A DNA stretch of 63,931 nucleotides, the filler included, from an uncultured Methanosarcinales archaeon (lineage in GTDB: Archaea > Nanobdellota > Nanobdellia > Woesearchaeales > CAYXTQ01), in the NCBI GenBank assembly GCA_964608065.1. It is 3 parts of 3 records of this genome, joined end to end, with 100 filler letters (N's around TTAATTAATTAA, not from the genome) between each part and the next. Parts side by side here need not be neighbours in the genome. Positions count along the whole stretch, not along the records: positions 1 to 29,072 come from CAZSMA010000004.1; 2 more parts are not named here. One strand, written 5' to 3'. The notes below the pieces were generated by a model. That model did not search any database and was not told the origin of the DNA. It saw only the letters and a list, made by a program, of their open reading frames with translations. This document shows, piece by piece, positions 1-10,124 of this stretch. Both the position numbers and the translations under genes were made by a program. Numbering within the stretch: position 1 is the stretch's first letter; each line of letters begins with the position of its first letter.

Positions 1-79
1 ACTTCTTTTATTATTATTAAATTTGATTATTGTTTTTTTTTTTTCTCTATATAACAACCGAAAGTTTTATATATTAGTT

Positions 80-99
80 GTTATATACACTTATATAAC
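80..99. promoter_or_regulatory. Palindromic operator candidate GTTATATA-N4-TATATAAC downstream of TATA box of wHTH/RelE operon
   Basis: Inverted repeat just after TTTTATATA (65-73); same TTATAT-N6-ATATAA core at 19754-19771 before the paralogous gene. Confidence 0.55.
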
Positions 100-116
100 T
101 AAAATAATGTGCTAAA

Positions 117-395
117 ATGCCTCAATTAATCAAAAGACAAATACTGCATTACCCACAACTGGATACAGTTCTAATGGTTGAAGAATTTATTAGAAAGCAC
201 TCCGGGGAATTCAAGAAAAGAAGTTTATGGGAGGACTTACCAAAAAAAACAATGTATCAAACATTCTGTGTTATCTTTGATTATTTGTTGGAATCAGGCA
301 AAATAGCAGTTGATAGAGAAAGAAAGATCGCTTGGATCTGGAATCCTGAATTAGTAAGAAAGTACCTAAGTAATCCTAAATTAAGAGCCAGATGA
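117..395 (+). CDS. Small winged-helix protein, putative antitoxin/regulator
   Basis: 92 aa, wHTH-like pattern; ATGA overlap with downstream RelE-like gene; paralogue at 19771-20064. Confidence 0.65.
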   Translation: MPQLIKRQILHYPQLDTVLMVEEFIRKHSGEFKKRSLWEDLPKKTMYQTFCVIFDYLLESGKIAVDRERKIAWIWNPELVRKYLSNPKLRAR

Positions 396-721
396 AATCT
401 ATTGTACATTTTGCAGATGAGAAACTAAAAGAAGCATATGATAAACTTAAGGATTCTAAAGTTGAAGATAGGTTATTACATAAATGGATTTCAAGAGCAA
501 TTGATGATTTGAAAGGTAATGCGTTTTGCGGAATTCAAATTCCTAAAAGACTTATTCCTAAAATATACATTAATAAGTATAGTATTGATAATTTATGGAA
601 ATATGACCTACCTAAAGGTTGGCGACTTATTTATTCAGTTGCTAAAGGAGAAATCCTAATTTTATCTATTATCATTGAATGGATTCCACATAAAGAATAC
701 GAAAGAAGGTTTAATTATTAG
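392..721 (+). CDS. RelE/ParE-superfamily toxin-like protein
   Basis: 109 aa basic; NLWKYDLPKGWRLIYSV and HKEYERRFNY resemble RelE-fold toxins; paralogue at 19336-19662. Confidence 0.65.
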   Translation: MKSIVHFADEKLKEAYDKLKDSKVEDRLLHKWISRAIDDLKGNAFCGIQIPKRLIPKIYINKYSIDNLWKYDLPKGWRLIYSVAKGEILILSIIIEWIPHKEYERRFNY

Positions 722-767
722 AGGTCTATACTCTAACAAGAACAAAGAAGAACATGTAAGCAAGGTT

Positions 768-1412
768 TTATGACTTTTTCTCTTTAAGCTTTTTAACTTT
801 TTTTAACTTTTTAATAACTATTGATGCAAATATCATCAAGATTATCATAACAGGAACTATAACAACATACTTATTAACACATTTATGATTAGTAACAAAA
901 CCATCACATTTTACTTCTTTGCATTTAAAGAAATCCACATCACAGTATTCATCTGCTTCGCAATCTTTATTCTCCTCACACTGTATCTTACCTAATGGCA
1001 AAACTGTAAGACTTTTTTTAACTTCACCACACACTTCATTTACTTCAGTGTGTCCACCAGCATATAAAACTGTAACTCCAAAACAAGCATAATAATCTAA
1101 AGTATAACCTCCTCTTGGAGGTAATGGGATTTTTTCTGTAATGTTAAAAAGATTGCTTTCGTTTGGTTTAAGTGCATACTTAGATTCAGTATCAACTGCA
1201 ATATTTTTATCTAACTCGTCTTTTACTTTTATATAGTTTACTACTATGTTTTTGTCTATGTTGTTTCTTATATTAATATGATAAGTTATGTCTGTACCTT
1301 CTGTACATCTGTAATCTTCACATCTATGGTTTACGCTGATACTGGCATTGATTGTAATTATATTTAGCAAAAATACAAGTAAAATTGTAAAGATTAAAAT
1401 TGTTTTTTTCAT
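768..1412 (-). CDS. Secreted/membrane-anchored Cys-rich hypothetical protein
   Basis: Signal peptide from MKKTILIF (ATG 1412), Ig-like middle, Cys-rich C-terminal part, C-terminal TM and basic tail. Confidence 0.7.
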   Translation of the reverse strand: MKKTILIFTILLVFLLNIITINASISVNHRCEDYRCTEGTDITYHINIRNNIDKNIVVNYIKVKDELDKNIAVDTESKYALKPNESNLFNITEKIPLPPRGGYTLDYYACFGVTVLYAGGHTEVNEVCGEVKKSLTVLPLGKIQCEENKDCEADEYCDVDFFKCKEVKCDGFVTNHKCVNKYVVIVPVMIILMIFASIVIKKLKKVKKLKEKKS

Positions 1413-1544
1413 TGATGAATTGTTTTGAAACTTATTATATTTAAATTTATCTAAAACAAAGCACTTACTTGAAATATCCGATAGTTTTATATACAAGTAA
1501 TACCCACTATTACATACGATTTATAGAGGTGGCTCAATATTAAA

Positions 1545-2975
1545 TTGAAAAAAATAATACCTTTTTGTATTCTATTCTTGATTAGTTTAGGATTTGTAGC
1601 AGCATACGGTTTTGATTTAGATTATACGGCAGTAGAAAACGATATTTACATGACAGAGCCAGCTGTTTTTGACATAACTATAATGAATAATGAAAATTTT
1701 GAAAATATATTCAGGATTAGTGTCCCAGATTTTACAAGCTGGAGTACTGACACTAAACCTCAAAGCGTTAGATCAAGTGGTATCAGGGTTCCATCAGAAT
1801 CAGAAGGAAAAGTAAAATTATTATTATATCCAAGAAGCATTATGCCTGGAAGAAAAGCTGTCCAGATTCTGGTAAAATCAGAAACAACAGGAGAACAGAT
1901 AGGCAAGTTTATGAATGTTAACATAAAGTCAGAGTTTGCAATACCCAAGTATGAACCAAGTCTAACATTGGAAGTTCAGCTCCCAAATGGAGGGAAAGTT
2001 GACCCAAGAGAAGAACAAAGAATTAGAATTAAATTAAAGAACAAGAACGCATTGAGCTTATCTGATATTAAATTAACTTTAAAAAGTAATTTGATGGAGA
2101 CTGAAACATATTTAGACAGTTTAGGTCCCTTAGATACTGAATATAAGGATTTTGTAATAAGTTTTGATTCAACAGAATCACCTCAAAAAGACACTTTAGT
2201 AGTCACAGCATACGTAAACGATAAAACCTTTGTTGCTATAGAGGATTATGAGATTGTCCCTTACTATGTTACATTTGAGCAGGATATAACTGTTTTGAAG
2301 AAATTCCTTAGGACAGATAATGTAATCAAGGTTACAAATACAGGCAATTCTAAGCATACTGACAGAATTAATTACAAAACAACATTCCTCAAAGGATTAA
2401 TAACCTCTGCTAAGCCTAGAGCACAGACAATCAAAGAAAATGGTCAAAAATATCTTAGCTGGGAATTAGAATTAGAATCTGGTGAAACAAAAGAACTTAG
2501 GGTTGTTAACAGTTATATAGGGTGGATTGCTTTACTGATATTGATAATATTAGCAGTACTCTTTTATTATAATTTTAGAAGCCCTATAGTATTAACAAAG
2601 ACAAGCGGCAGTATTTCAATGAGGGAAGGAGGGATAAGTGATTTTAAAGTTGTGATGCATGTAAAGAACAGGACTGATAAATCAGTAGAAAATATAAGGA
2701 TTGTTGACCGTGTTCCAAAAATTGCAAATATCATCGAAGAATTTGATGTAGGTATCTTAAAGCCCAGCAAGATAATAAAGCATGAAAAAAAAGGTACATT
2801 ACTGAAATGGGTTATTGAAAGCTTGGATGCAAATGATGAAGTCATTATAAGCTATAAGACAAAGTCCAGATTAAGTATATTAGGACAGTTTGTAATGCCA
2901 AGAGCAGTTGGAAGATACACAAAGAATGGCAAAGAAAGATTGACTTATTCTAATATTTTAAGGTTGAGTGTTTGA
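1545..2975 (+). CDS. Surface/S-layer-associated protein with Ig-like beta domains and one internal TM helix
   Basis: 476 aa, TTG start, signal peptide, beta-rich repeats, TM IGWIALLILIILAVLFYY. Confidence 0.65.
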   Translation: MKKIIPFCILFLISLGFVAAYGFDLDYTAVENDIYMTEPAVFDITIMNNENFENIFRISVPDFTSWSTDTKPQSVRSSGIRVPSESEGKVKLLLYPRSIMPGRKAVQILVKSETTGEQIGKFMNVNIKSEFAIPKYEPSLTLEVQLPNGGKVDPREEQRIRIKLKNKNALSLSDIKLTLKSNLMETETYLDSLGPLDTEYKDFVISFDSTESPQKDTLVVTAYVNDKTFVAIEDYEIVPYYVTFEQDITVLKKFLRTDNVIKVTNTGNSKHTDRINYKTTFLKGLITSAKPRAQTIKENGQKYLSWELELESGETKELRVVNSYIGWIALLILIILAVLFYYNFRSPIVLTKTSGSISMREGGISDFKVVMHVKNRTDKSVENIRIVDRVPKIANIIEEFDVGILKPSKIIKHEKKGTLLKWVIESLDANDEVIISYKTKSRLSILGQFVMPRAVGRYTKNGKERLTYSNILRLSV

Positions 2976-3073
2976 TTATATCTTTCTTCTTATATATTCT
3001 ATAACAACAAAGTTTATATACTAGTATAGAAAAATCTATACTAACATTTTTATAAAATAAAATTATCCTAGAG

Positions 3074-3913
3074 GTGAGAATATTGAGAAAAATTTGTGTT
3101 ATTAATCAGAAAGGTGGTGTAGGAAAAACAACTACAACAATAAATCTTGCAGCAGGACTTTCAAGGCATGATAAAAAAGTTTTAATTGTAGACTTTGATG
3201 CTCAGGGAAATGTTGCTACTTGTCTAAATGTAGAAGGAGAAAAAGACATATACCACATTATGACTGAGAATGCAGACATTAGACAATGTATACAACATCT
3301 TGGAAAGAACCTTGATATAATACCAAGCAAAGAAACATTGACAAAAACAGAAGTGTTATTATCAAAACAGCCTAATAAAGAGTATGTGTTAAAAGAGAAA
3401 TTAAAAAATCTTAAAGGATATGATTATGTATTTATAGACTGTCCACCATCTCTTGGATTATTGAATCAGAACGCTTTATTGTATGCGCAGGAAGCATTTA
3501 TCCCTGTATCCACAGACCATTTGGGATATGATGCTCTGATGAAGATGACAAATGTTGTAAAAGCTATAAATGATAATTTTAACCATAATATCAAAATTAC
3601 AAAAGTTATTCCAACTTTGTTTGATAAAAGAAACAAGACATGTAAAACTTATCTGGATAAAATCAACAGCCAGTTTTATGAATTAACTTCAGAACCAATC
3701 AGGATCAATTCAAAACTTAAAGAAGCGCCAGCAGCAGGTAAATCTATATTTTCTTATGCAGCAAGTTCAAGGGGCGCTAAAGATTATATGAAACTTGTTA
3801 AAGAAATATTAAGTGAGGAAAAAAAAAAGCTTTCTGAGTATTCAGAAGAAACAGTTCCTCTAAACAGTTCTGAAGTAATTGAAGAATACAATAATAGTGA
3901 AGTAAGGGCTTAA
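3074..3913 (+). CDS. parA: ParA/Soj/MinD-family ATPase (orphan)
   Basis: Deviant Walker A NQKGGVGKTT, DFDAQGN, IDCPPSLG. Confidence 0.9.
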   Translation: MRILRKICVINQKGGVGKTTTTINLAAGLSRHDKKVLIVDFDAQGNVATCLNVEGEKDIYHIMTENADIRQCIQHLGKNLDIIPSKETLTKTEVLLSKQPNKEYVLKEKLKNLKGYDYVFIDCPPSLGLLNQNALLYAQEAFIPVSTDHLGYDALMKMTNVVKAINDNFNHNIKITKVIPTLFDKRNKTCKTYLDKINSQFYELTSEPIRINSKLKEAPAAGKSIFSYAASSRGAKDYMKLVKEILSEEKKKLSEYSEETVPLNSSEVIEEYNNSEVRA

Positions 3914-4857
3914 AACCAAAAGTTTACACCTTTTGGAAGAACATTTAATTTAATTTCTTTTACACTGCCTTCATTAGTCCCATCTATTTGTAATGGCATG
4001 TCTTTAGCAGCCTTAATGACAGCCTCTTTACATGTTATATGTCTTCCAACTTTATTTCCAGCTAAAAAAGAAGTAAACAGTCCAAAAAAAAAACCCCCCA
4101 TGTTTATGTAGGGTAGACTATTATCAATAATCCATAAATCCATCAAACCATCTTCAGGATCTACATTGGGGTGTACTTTCATTCTAAGCCCATAATATTT
4201 GCTACAGGAAGTTGCTGCAATGTGAAGAGCATTTGATAATGGAATTGTTTCTTTATCTGTAATTATTTCTCCTTTAAACCAGTTATAATCTTTTATCTCT
4301 TTTATTGAAGCCATAATGTAAGATTCTAAAGGTCTTCTGCCATCTTGTTTTATATATTTAGTGGCTCTTTCCAAAATTGGCGCTCCAATTCCAACACTCA
4401 TAAACATTGCCTTTTGACCATTACATCCTAAAATATCATATAAATGTGAGTTGCCATATTTTATTTTTTCTAATACTCTTTTATCTGATTTTGGCAGTCC
4501 AAGCATGCTTCTTACTGCATTGCCAGATCCTTTTGGGATAACAGCAATAGCACAATCATCAACTGAATTAATAACATCAGATACAGTACCATCGCCCCCT
4601 ATGGCTACCATGATATCTGCCTCCTTGGACAAATCAGTTGCATATTGTTTAAATTCCTCACGATTTTTTGTATTAACCCCATAAGGATCATGTTTAGAGT
4701 CTCCTTTATTTATTACTTGAATTTGCCTCCCTTCTTCTTTTTCAAGAAATTCTATTACTCTTTCTATAGTTTGTAGCCTTTCATTAAAACTATATCTACC
4801 TGAACAAGGATTACTTATAATAGCAACTTTATAACCAACAGGGGTTGTTATGTTCAT
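3910..4857 (-). CDS. Diacylglycerol kinase family lipid kinase (YegS/DAGK)
   Basis: NPCSG, GGDGTVSDV, IPKGSGN and QIDG motifs. Confidence 0.85.
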   Translation of the reverse strand: MNITTPVGYKVAIISNPCSGRYSFNERLQTIERVIEFLEKEEGRQIQVINKGDSKHDPYGVNTKNREEFKQYATDLSKEADIMVAIGGDGTVSDVINSVDDCAIAVIPKGSGNAVRSMLGLPKSDKRVLEKIKYGNSHLYDILGCNGQKAMFMSVGIGAPILERATKYIKQDGRRPLESYIMASIKEIKDYNWFKGEIITDKETIPLSNALHIAATSCSKYYGLRMKVHPNVDPEDGLMDLWIIDNSLPYINMGGFFFGLFTSFLAGNKVGRHITCKEAVIKAAKDMPLQIDGTNEGSVKEIKLNVLPKGVNFWF

Positions 4858-5054
4858 TTTTTTTTTATTTTATTTTTTAAAATATTAATCTATGTATCTC
4901 ACTTAAACCCTCCAGAAAAATCATAGAGGTTAAGTATTTCACCCCTTTTACGAATATAAACAAACAATAATCAATGTGGGTTTTTAAAGATTACGCTACT
5001 TATTAACAAAAACCACAAGATTTAAAAACAAAACTATAATCCTCGTTATTTAAT

Positions 5055-5579
5055 ATGGCGCGACTAAAGAAGTTTGTAACATGGAGAAGATTAGAAAGAC
5101 CTTATACCAGGATTTCTAAATTCAAGAAGAAATCATACATTAAGTCAGATCCTAATCCAAAGGTTGTGAATTTTAGTATGGGAGATGCTAGGAAAAAGTT
5201 CGAGTACAGTGTAGACCTTGTCTCAAAAGACAACGTGCAAATTAGAGATAATGCTATGGAAAGCGCAAGGCAGACCTGCAATAGATTATTAGAAAAAATA
5301 ATTGGACCAGGAGGATATTATTTTAAAATAAGAGTTTATCCCCATCATATTCTAAGGGAAAATCCAGTAGCTGCAGGAGCTGGAGCAGACAGATTCAGTA
5401 CAGGTATGAGTCATAGCTTTGGAAAACCTGTTGGAATTGCAGCCAGAATAAAAAAAGGCCAGAAAATAATGACTGTTAAAGTGACTAAAACACACATTCC
5501 TACAGCAAAAAAAGCTTTAATAAGGGCATATCAAAAATTACCTTGTTCTTGTAAAATAGAGATAAATGAAAACAAATAG
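5055..5579 (+). CDS. rpl10e: 50S ribosomal protein L10e/uL16
   Basis: RVYPHHILREN..GAGADRFSTGM..SFGKP signature. Confidence 0.95.
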   Translation: MARLKKFVTWRRLERPYTRISKFKKKSYIKSDPNPKVVNFSMGDARKKFEYSVDLVSKDNVQIRDNAMESARQTCNRLLEKIIGPGGYYFKIRVYPHHILRENPVAAGAGADRFSTGMSHSFGKPVGIAARIKKGQKIMTVKVTKTHIPTAKKALIRAYQKLPCSCKIEINENK

Positions 5580-6158
5580 TTAGTGCTTATACATTCTGCT
5601 TATCCATGAACCCATCTTTTCTGTAAGAACTAGTTTTTCAGAAATATTTTCGCTTATTCTTCCATAATTTCCTCTACCCACTTCTTCTTCCCTTTTATGT
5701 GCTACATATCTTGCAGCATTGATCTTATCCATCTCTTCAGAATTTGGACCATGACCTCCTGCAGCCATTCTGTCATAAACATCCTTGACAGCATTATAAA
5801 CATCTTCAGTTTTCTTACCACCAAATTCCTCTCTAAATAAATTATACTGAACTTGTTCTGCTTTCTCTTGCTCAGTTTTTCTCTGCTCTTGCTCATGTTC
5901 AACTGTCTCTTCTAGTGGAACTTCTTTTCTTTCTTCTCTAGCTTCTTCTTCTCTGCTGTAATCCGTCCGTTGTGGTGGAACTATCTGAGCAATATGCTCT
6001 TCTAGTTCAGGAACTTTAACTTCTTCTTTTATAGGTATTTCCTTTATTAGATCTTCTGTCCCTTTTACTAAACTTTGAGCTTCCTCTATCTCACTCCTGT
6101 CTTTCTTGCTTATCTCCCTTAATTTTCTAATCTTTTCTTCTCTTTCTTCTTCATCCAT
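5580..6158 (-). CDS. Charged coiled-coil hypothetical protein
   Basis: 192 aa Glu/Arg-rich ORF co-oriented with 6182-7624. Confidence 0.7.
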   Translation of the reverse strand: MDEEEREEKIRKLREISKKDRSEIEEAQSLVKGTEDLIKEIPIKEEVKVPELEEHIAQIVPPQRTDYSREEEAREERKEVPLEETVEHEQEQRKTEQEKAEQVQYNLFREEFGGKKTEDVYNAVKDVYDRMAAGGHGPNSEEMDKINAARYVAHKREEEVGRGNYGRISENISEKLVLTEKMGSWISRMYKH

Positions 6159-6181
6159 TTTTTATTTTATTTTAAAAAGAA

Positions 6182-7624
6182 CTACCAGGACAACATTCTG
6201 TGTGCTTTCTTAAAATTCCTGTATGAATGGTATACTGTTTTCTTAACAAAATCATTTGCTCTGTGTTTCTCTTCATCAATCTCAACACCAGTCATTTTTT
6301 TCTCCATTTTTTTTCTTATACCTTTCTTTCCAATATTCCTTGGACCCATACTTCCAAACAATTCTCCAAATCCTTTAAAAACAGAAACAAAAGGCCCAGC
6401 CATAGTTTGTTTTGGAATTTTATTTTCCGCTTCCTTTTTAAATTCCACATTACTCTCTCCAGCTTCTGTCAAATATCTCTCTAATTCTGTTCCTAAAGCC
6501 TCCATTGCAGCTTTAACAGAACCATCTATCACTCCAATTAACTCAAAGTCTTCCTCATCCCTCATCTTTTTATAGTTTTCAATATCCTGCTCATTCCATA
6601 CATAACCTCTGAATATTATCTTATTTTCACCAACATGCAAAGGACCCCTCTGGAACCCTTCCTGTTGATAATTCATACTTGGCCTTGTCCTGTAATTAAA
6701 GTTTATTAACTGGCAGGCATAATACTTCTTATTATTTTCAGGCAAATGTTTTCCCAAAACCTCTATTTCAATCAAACTTCCTTCAAAAGCAGATATTAGG
6801 TCTGGTGTTGTAGATTTACCAGCCTCCATTGACTCATTCTGCAACCTTCTTATATTTCTTAGATAAGGCCTTACCCATGTCATATACAGCTTTATTATAT
6901 CATAGTGCTGCCTTAAATATTTTAAAGTAAAAATTCTTCTGTTTTTTAGCTCCTTGAATGTATGCTCTTTCCACTCCAAAAATCCTCTTAATTTCCTCTT
7001 TAAGACTTCTCTTACTTTCCTGTTAAACTCTAATCTATCTACAATTTCATCAACTTCAACAGCAGTTTTTGGATGCGTGCTAAAGAATAAATCAGGCAAA
7101 GTAGTAAATTGCAACTCTCTGCTCATTCCATAAACAGATGCAGGATTTTTAGCTCCGCCTTCAACCATATCAATATACGTTCCTTTTAATGTTATCTCAG
7201 CGCTTTCATTGCTTTTGCTCCTAGTGAAGCTGTCATAATAATAACTTAATCTTTCATCCAATACTCTGATTTCCCTAACTAATTGGAATAATTCCTTAAC
7301 CATCTTTCCTATTGTTGCTAAGAATTGACTAACCTTATCCTGCTGCAAACCAAGCCTTTGCTGCGCAACACCAAAAAAAGCACTATGCTCAGAAGCAGCA
7401 AAAACATCTATTAGTTTTTCAACATGTGCATAACCCTGTTCATACCTCATAAAATTCAATATCCAGTAATAATTTTCCTCTATACTCTGCTGGAATGTCT
7501 CATGTACTAGCCTATATCTATGTACAGGGGTTGGATAATTTGTTTTAATATACTGATTTTTACTTTGTTCTATCTCTTCATCCCCATATTTCTTGAAATA
7601 TTCTTCTTTTGTTAGTTTTTTCAT
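6182..7624 (-). CDS. Hypothetical protein, largely helical, unknown function
   Basis: 480 aa ORF, GGAGG SD upstream; no motif recognised. Confidence 0.8.
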   Translation of the reverse strand: MKKLTKEEYFKKYGDEEIEQSKNQYIKTNYPTPVHRYRLVHETFQQSIEENYYWILNFMRYEQGYAHVEKLIDVFAASEHSAFFGVAQQRLGLQQDKVSQFLATIGKMVKELFQLVREIRVLDERLSYYYDSFTRSKSNESAEITLKGTYIDMVEGGAKNPASVYGMSRELQFTTLPDLFFSTHPKTAVEVDEIVDRLEFNRKVREVLKRKLRGFLEWKEHTFKELKNRRIFTLKYLRQHYDIIKLYMTWVRPYLRNIRRLQNESMEAGKSTTPDLISAFEGSLIEIEVLGKHLPENNKKYYACQLINFNYRTRPSMNYQQEGFQRGPLHVGENKIIFRGYVWNEQDIENYKKMRDEEDFELIGVIDGSVKAAMEALGTELERYLTEAGESNVEFKKEAENKIPKQTMAGPFVSVFKGFGELFGSMGPRNIGKKGIRKKMEKKMTGVEIDEEKHRANDFVKKTVYHSYRNFKKAHRMLSW

Positions 7625-7629
7625 TGGTT

Positions 7630-7730
7630 AAAATTTTCCTCCGAAAATTTTTATCATGGGAATCAAAAATTCCCAGGACACCGAAAATCTTTGATTTTCC
7701 AGTGCATTGAAAATATTTACTATTTTCATT
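7630..7730. repeat. Cluster of short palindromes (REP/MITE-like family)
   Basis: AAATTTTC-CTCC-GAAAATTT, GGGAAT-CAAAA-ATTCCC and GACACCGAAAATCTTTGATTTTCCAGTG (near-identical to 21069-21097). Confidence 0.7.
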
Positions 7731-7980
7731 TTTTGTATAATACAGCTACAAACCCAATCTGATCAACTAAAACTGAGTCTGTTTTATCAGCAATTTCATT
7801 ATTTATTTTTTTTCTATCCTTGCCCTTAATAAAGCTTTTCAAAAACTTTATTTTAATAATTTTTTTTTTTTTTAAGTGTTTCCTAATTTCTTCTAAAACA
7901 TTGTCATTTATTCCGTTTTTACCTATCCTGATTATTGGTTCTAATAATTTACCTTTTTTTCTCATTTCTTTTTTATCCAT
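7726..7980 (-). CDS. YhbY/CRM-domain RNA-binding protein
   Basis: LEPIIRIGKNGI..IKIKF..QIGFVAVLYK; likely start MDKKEM at 7980. Confidence 0.9.
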   Translation of the reverse strand: MDKKEMRKKGKLLEPIIRIGKNGINDNVLEEIRKHLKKKKIIKIKFLKSFIKGKDRKKINNEIADKTDSVLVDQIGFVAVLYKK

Positions 7981-7981
7981 C

Positions 7982-9685
7982 TTAATGGTGACTTGGATGC
8001 TCATGTCCAAGTGTTTTTCTATGCTTTAATTCCTTTATATGCCTTAATTTTGTTTCAAATATCTTATTAATATCCAATCCAAATTCCTCTATTAAAACAG
8101 AAGCATGCTCTCCTCCTAAAAAGTGAGGCAATATAACATAATCTGCTCCAGCATCATAAAGCCCTAAAGCTTCATCAACTTGTGAAGCTGTAACAAATAT
8201 TATGGCTCTCTTATTCACTTCTTTAGTTTTCTTAATCAGCAGAAGATTATCAAATTTATTCGGCACAGTGCTTATCAGCATCTTGATCTCCTTAAGATCA
8301 ACTGTTTCAATAATCTCAGGATCACCAATATCTCCATAAATGCAAGGTATTTTTTTTCCTACCAATTCTCTCACAACCTCAGGATTATAGTCTATAACCA
8401 ATAATTTTTTCCTTAATTTTCTTATAACCCTGTACACACTATAGCCTATCCTGTTAAACCCGCATAGTATAACATCTATGTTTTTTCTTTTTGGCATATA
8501 CTCTAATTGACTGCTTTTTTTTCCAATCTTATCAAATATGTTTAAATATTTTGAAAAGAAATTATATAGCTTATTATCAAAACTTATTGTATAAGATGTT
8601 ATAGTCATAGTTACAATAGCCAATATTACTGTCATAGAAAAAACATCTTGACTGATATGCCCTAATAATAATCCCTGGGTTACAATTATTAAAGAAAATT
8701 CACTTATTTGCGCTAATGAAATAGCAGTTAAAAAACTTGGTCTTTTCCTATATCCAAAAAAAGCGCATAAGAACATTGTCAGTAAGGGTTTACCTATAAT
8801 TACAAAAATTATCAATATGATTAGGGGCTTAATAATGCTGGTTATTGATGACAATGAGAGTTCAAGCCCTAAAGAAACAAAAAATATTGTTGAAAAAAAA
8901 TCTTTTAATGACCTGACCTTTCCTACAATCTCTATTTGGTAAGGCAAATTACCTAGAACAACACCCGCTATAAAAGATCCAATTATTATGGATAACCCCA
9001 GATATTGTGCAAATAAAGCAAATAAAAATAACAGTGCTACTGAAACTAAAAAGAAAAGCTCTTGACTTTTTGCAGCAAACTTCATTGCATGCCCTATTAA
9101 GAATTTTCCGATTATAAAAGAAAGCAATAAAAATATCATGAATTTAAGCAAAGACATTGCTATTGGATAAAATGATAATGTGCTTGTAGAAAGTATAGAC
9201 AAAGCTAATATAGCAAAAAAGTCCTGCATAAGCAGAAAACCAATTATAATCCTTCCATGCAGTGTATCTATCTGTTTTTTATCTGACAACAGCTTTACAA
9301 CAACCATAGTAGAACTAAAAGCTAAAATTAATGCAATGTATATTGCATTTATATTCCTAAAACCAAAGAACATAGAGATTATATACCCTACTGTAAATAA
9401 TAGTAATATCTGTATTATCCCCCCTAATGAAGATATTACTGCAACATTCTTTAATTTTTTAAAATCTATTTCTAAGCCCACAATAAATAATAAGAAAGCA
9501 ATTCCAATCTCAGATAATGTTGCAATTGTTGCAGAGTTTGTGATCCAACCTAAAGCAGGACCTATCACTAATCCTGTTACAATATATGCAAGTATTAATG
9601 GCTGCTTAAGCAATTTAGCAATATAAGCAAAAAAAGTTGCCACTACAATAATGATCCCAATGCTTATGAATAAATTATCTATCAC
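7982..9685 (-). CDS. CPA2/Kef-type cation:proton antiporter with TrkA-N domain
   Basis: Multiple TMs, FSSTMVV, LLMQD, AQISEFS, C-terminal ILCGFNRIG..YGD; GTG start at 9685 inferred. Confidence 0.9.
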   Translation of the reverse strand: MIDNLFISIGIIIVVATFFAYIAKLLKQPLILAYIVTGLVIGPALGWITNSATIATLSEIGIAFLLFIVGLEIDFKKLKNVAVISSLGGIIQILLLFTVGYIISMFFGFRNINAIYIALILAFSSTMVVVKLLSDKKQIDTLHGRIIIGFLLMQDFFAILALSILSTSTLSFYPIAMSLLKFMIFLLLSFIIGKFLIGHAMKFAAKSQELFFLVSVALLFLFALFAQYLGLSIIIGSFIAGVVLGNLPYQIEIVGKVRSLKDFFSTIFFVSLGLELSLSSITSIIKPLIILIIFVIIGKPLLTMFLCAFFGYRKRPSFLTAISLAQISEFSLIIVTQGLLLGHISQDVFSMTVILAIVTMTITSYTISFDNKLYNFFSKYLNIFDKIGKKSSQLEYMPKRKNIDVILCGFNRIGYSVYRVIRKLRKKLLVIDYNPEVVRELVGKKIPCIYGDIGDPEIIETVDLKEIKMLISTVPNKFDNLLLIKKTKEVNKRAIIFVTASQVDEALGLYDAGADYVILPHFLGGEHASVLIEEFGLDINKIFETKLRHIKELKHRKTLGHEHPSHH

Positions 9686-10124
9686 TTTGGAAGTCCTCCA
9701 AATAACCTTTTTCTGAAAGATATGCAAGAAGGATGTTTTTTACTTTCTCAGCTTCTTTTTTTCCAAAACCTTTTAGACTTTTTAATAATTCAAGCTGATA
9801 ATCATCTAAGATTATACTTACTCGTTTAACTTTATCAGGCTCATAAGTCAATTCTTTTATTTCTATTGTTTTTACAGGTAGTTTTGAATCTTTATTAATA
9901 CAAAGAACTTCATCTACTCCTTTAATTGAATGTTTATGAAGCATGAAATTAGACAAACGTAATTCCAATTCAACTCTTAATTCTTTGTTACCTTTTTGCA
10001 TGATATAATCTGGAAATTTGTTTTTATTCTTCTTTATAATATTATTATATCCTAATTTTTTAAAATTATTTTTAAACCATTTATCAAATTCAACTTCACT
10101 TTTGACTATGATTCTATTTTTCAT
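9675..10124 (-). CDS. PD-(D/E)xK-like nuclease domain fused to C-terminal CopG/RHH domain
   Basis: FPDY..RVELE..SNF..HKH..D..C motif; C-terminal KRVSIILDDYQLELL..VKNILLAYLSEK resembles archaeal RHH. Confidence 0.55.
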   Translation of the reverse strand: MKNRIIVKSEVEFDKWFKNNFKKLGYNNIIKKNKNKFPDYIMQKGNKELRVELELRLSNFMLHKHSIKGVDEVLCINKDSKLPVKTIEIKELTYEPDKVKRVSIILDDYQLELLKSLKGFGKKEAEKVKNILLAYLSEKGYLEDFQSDR

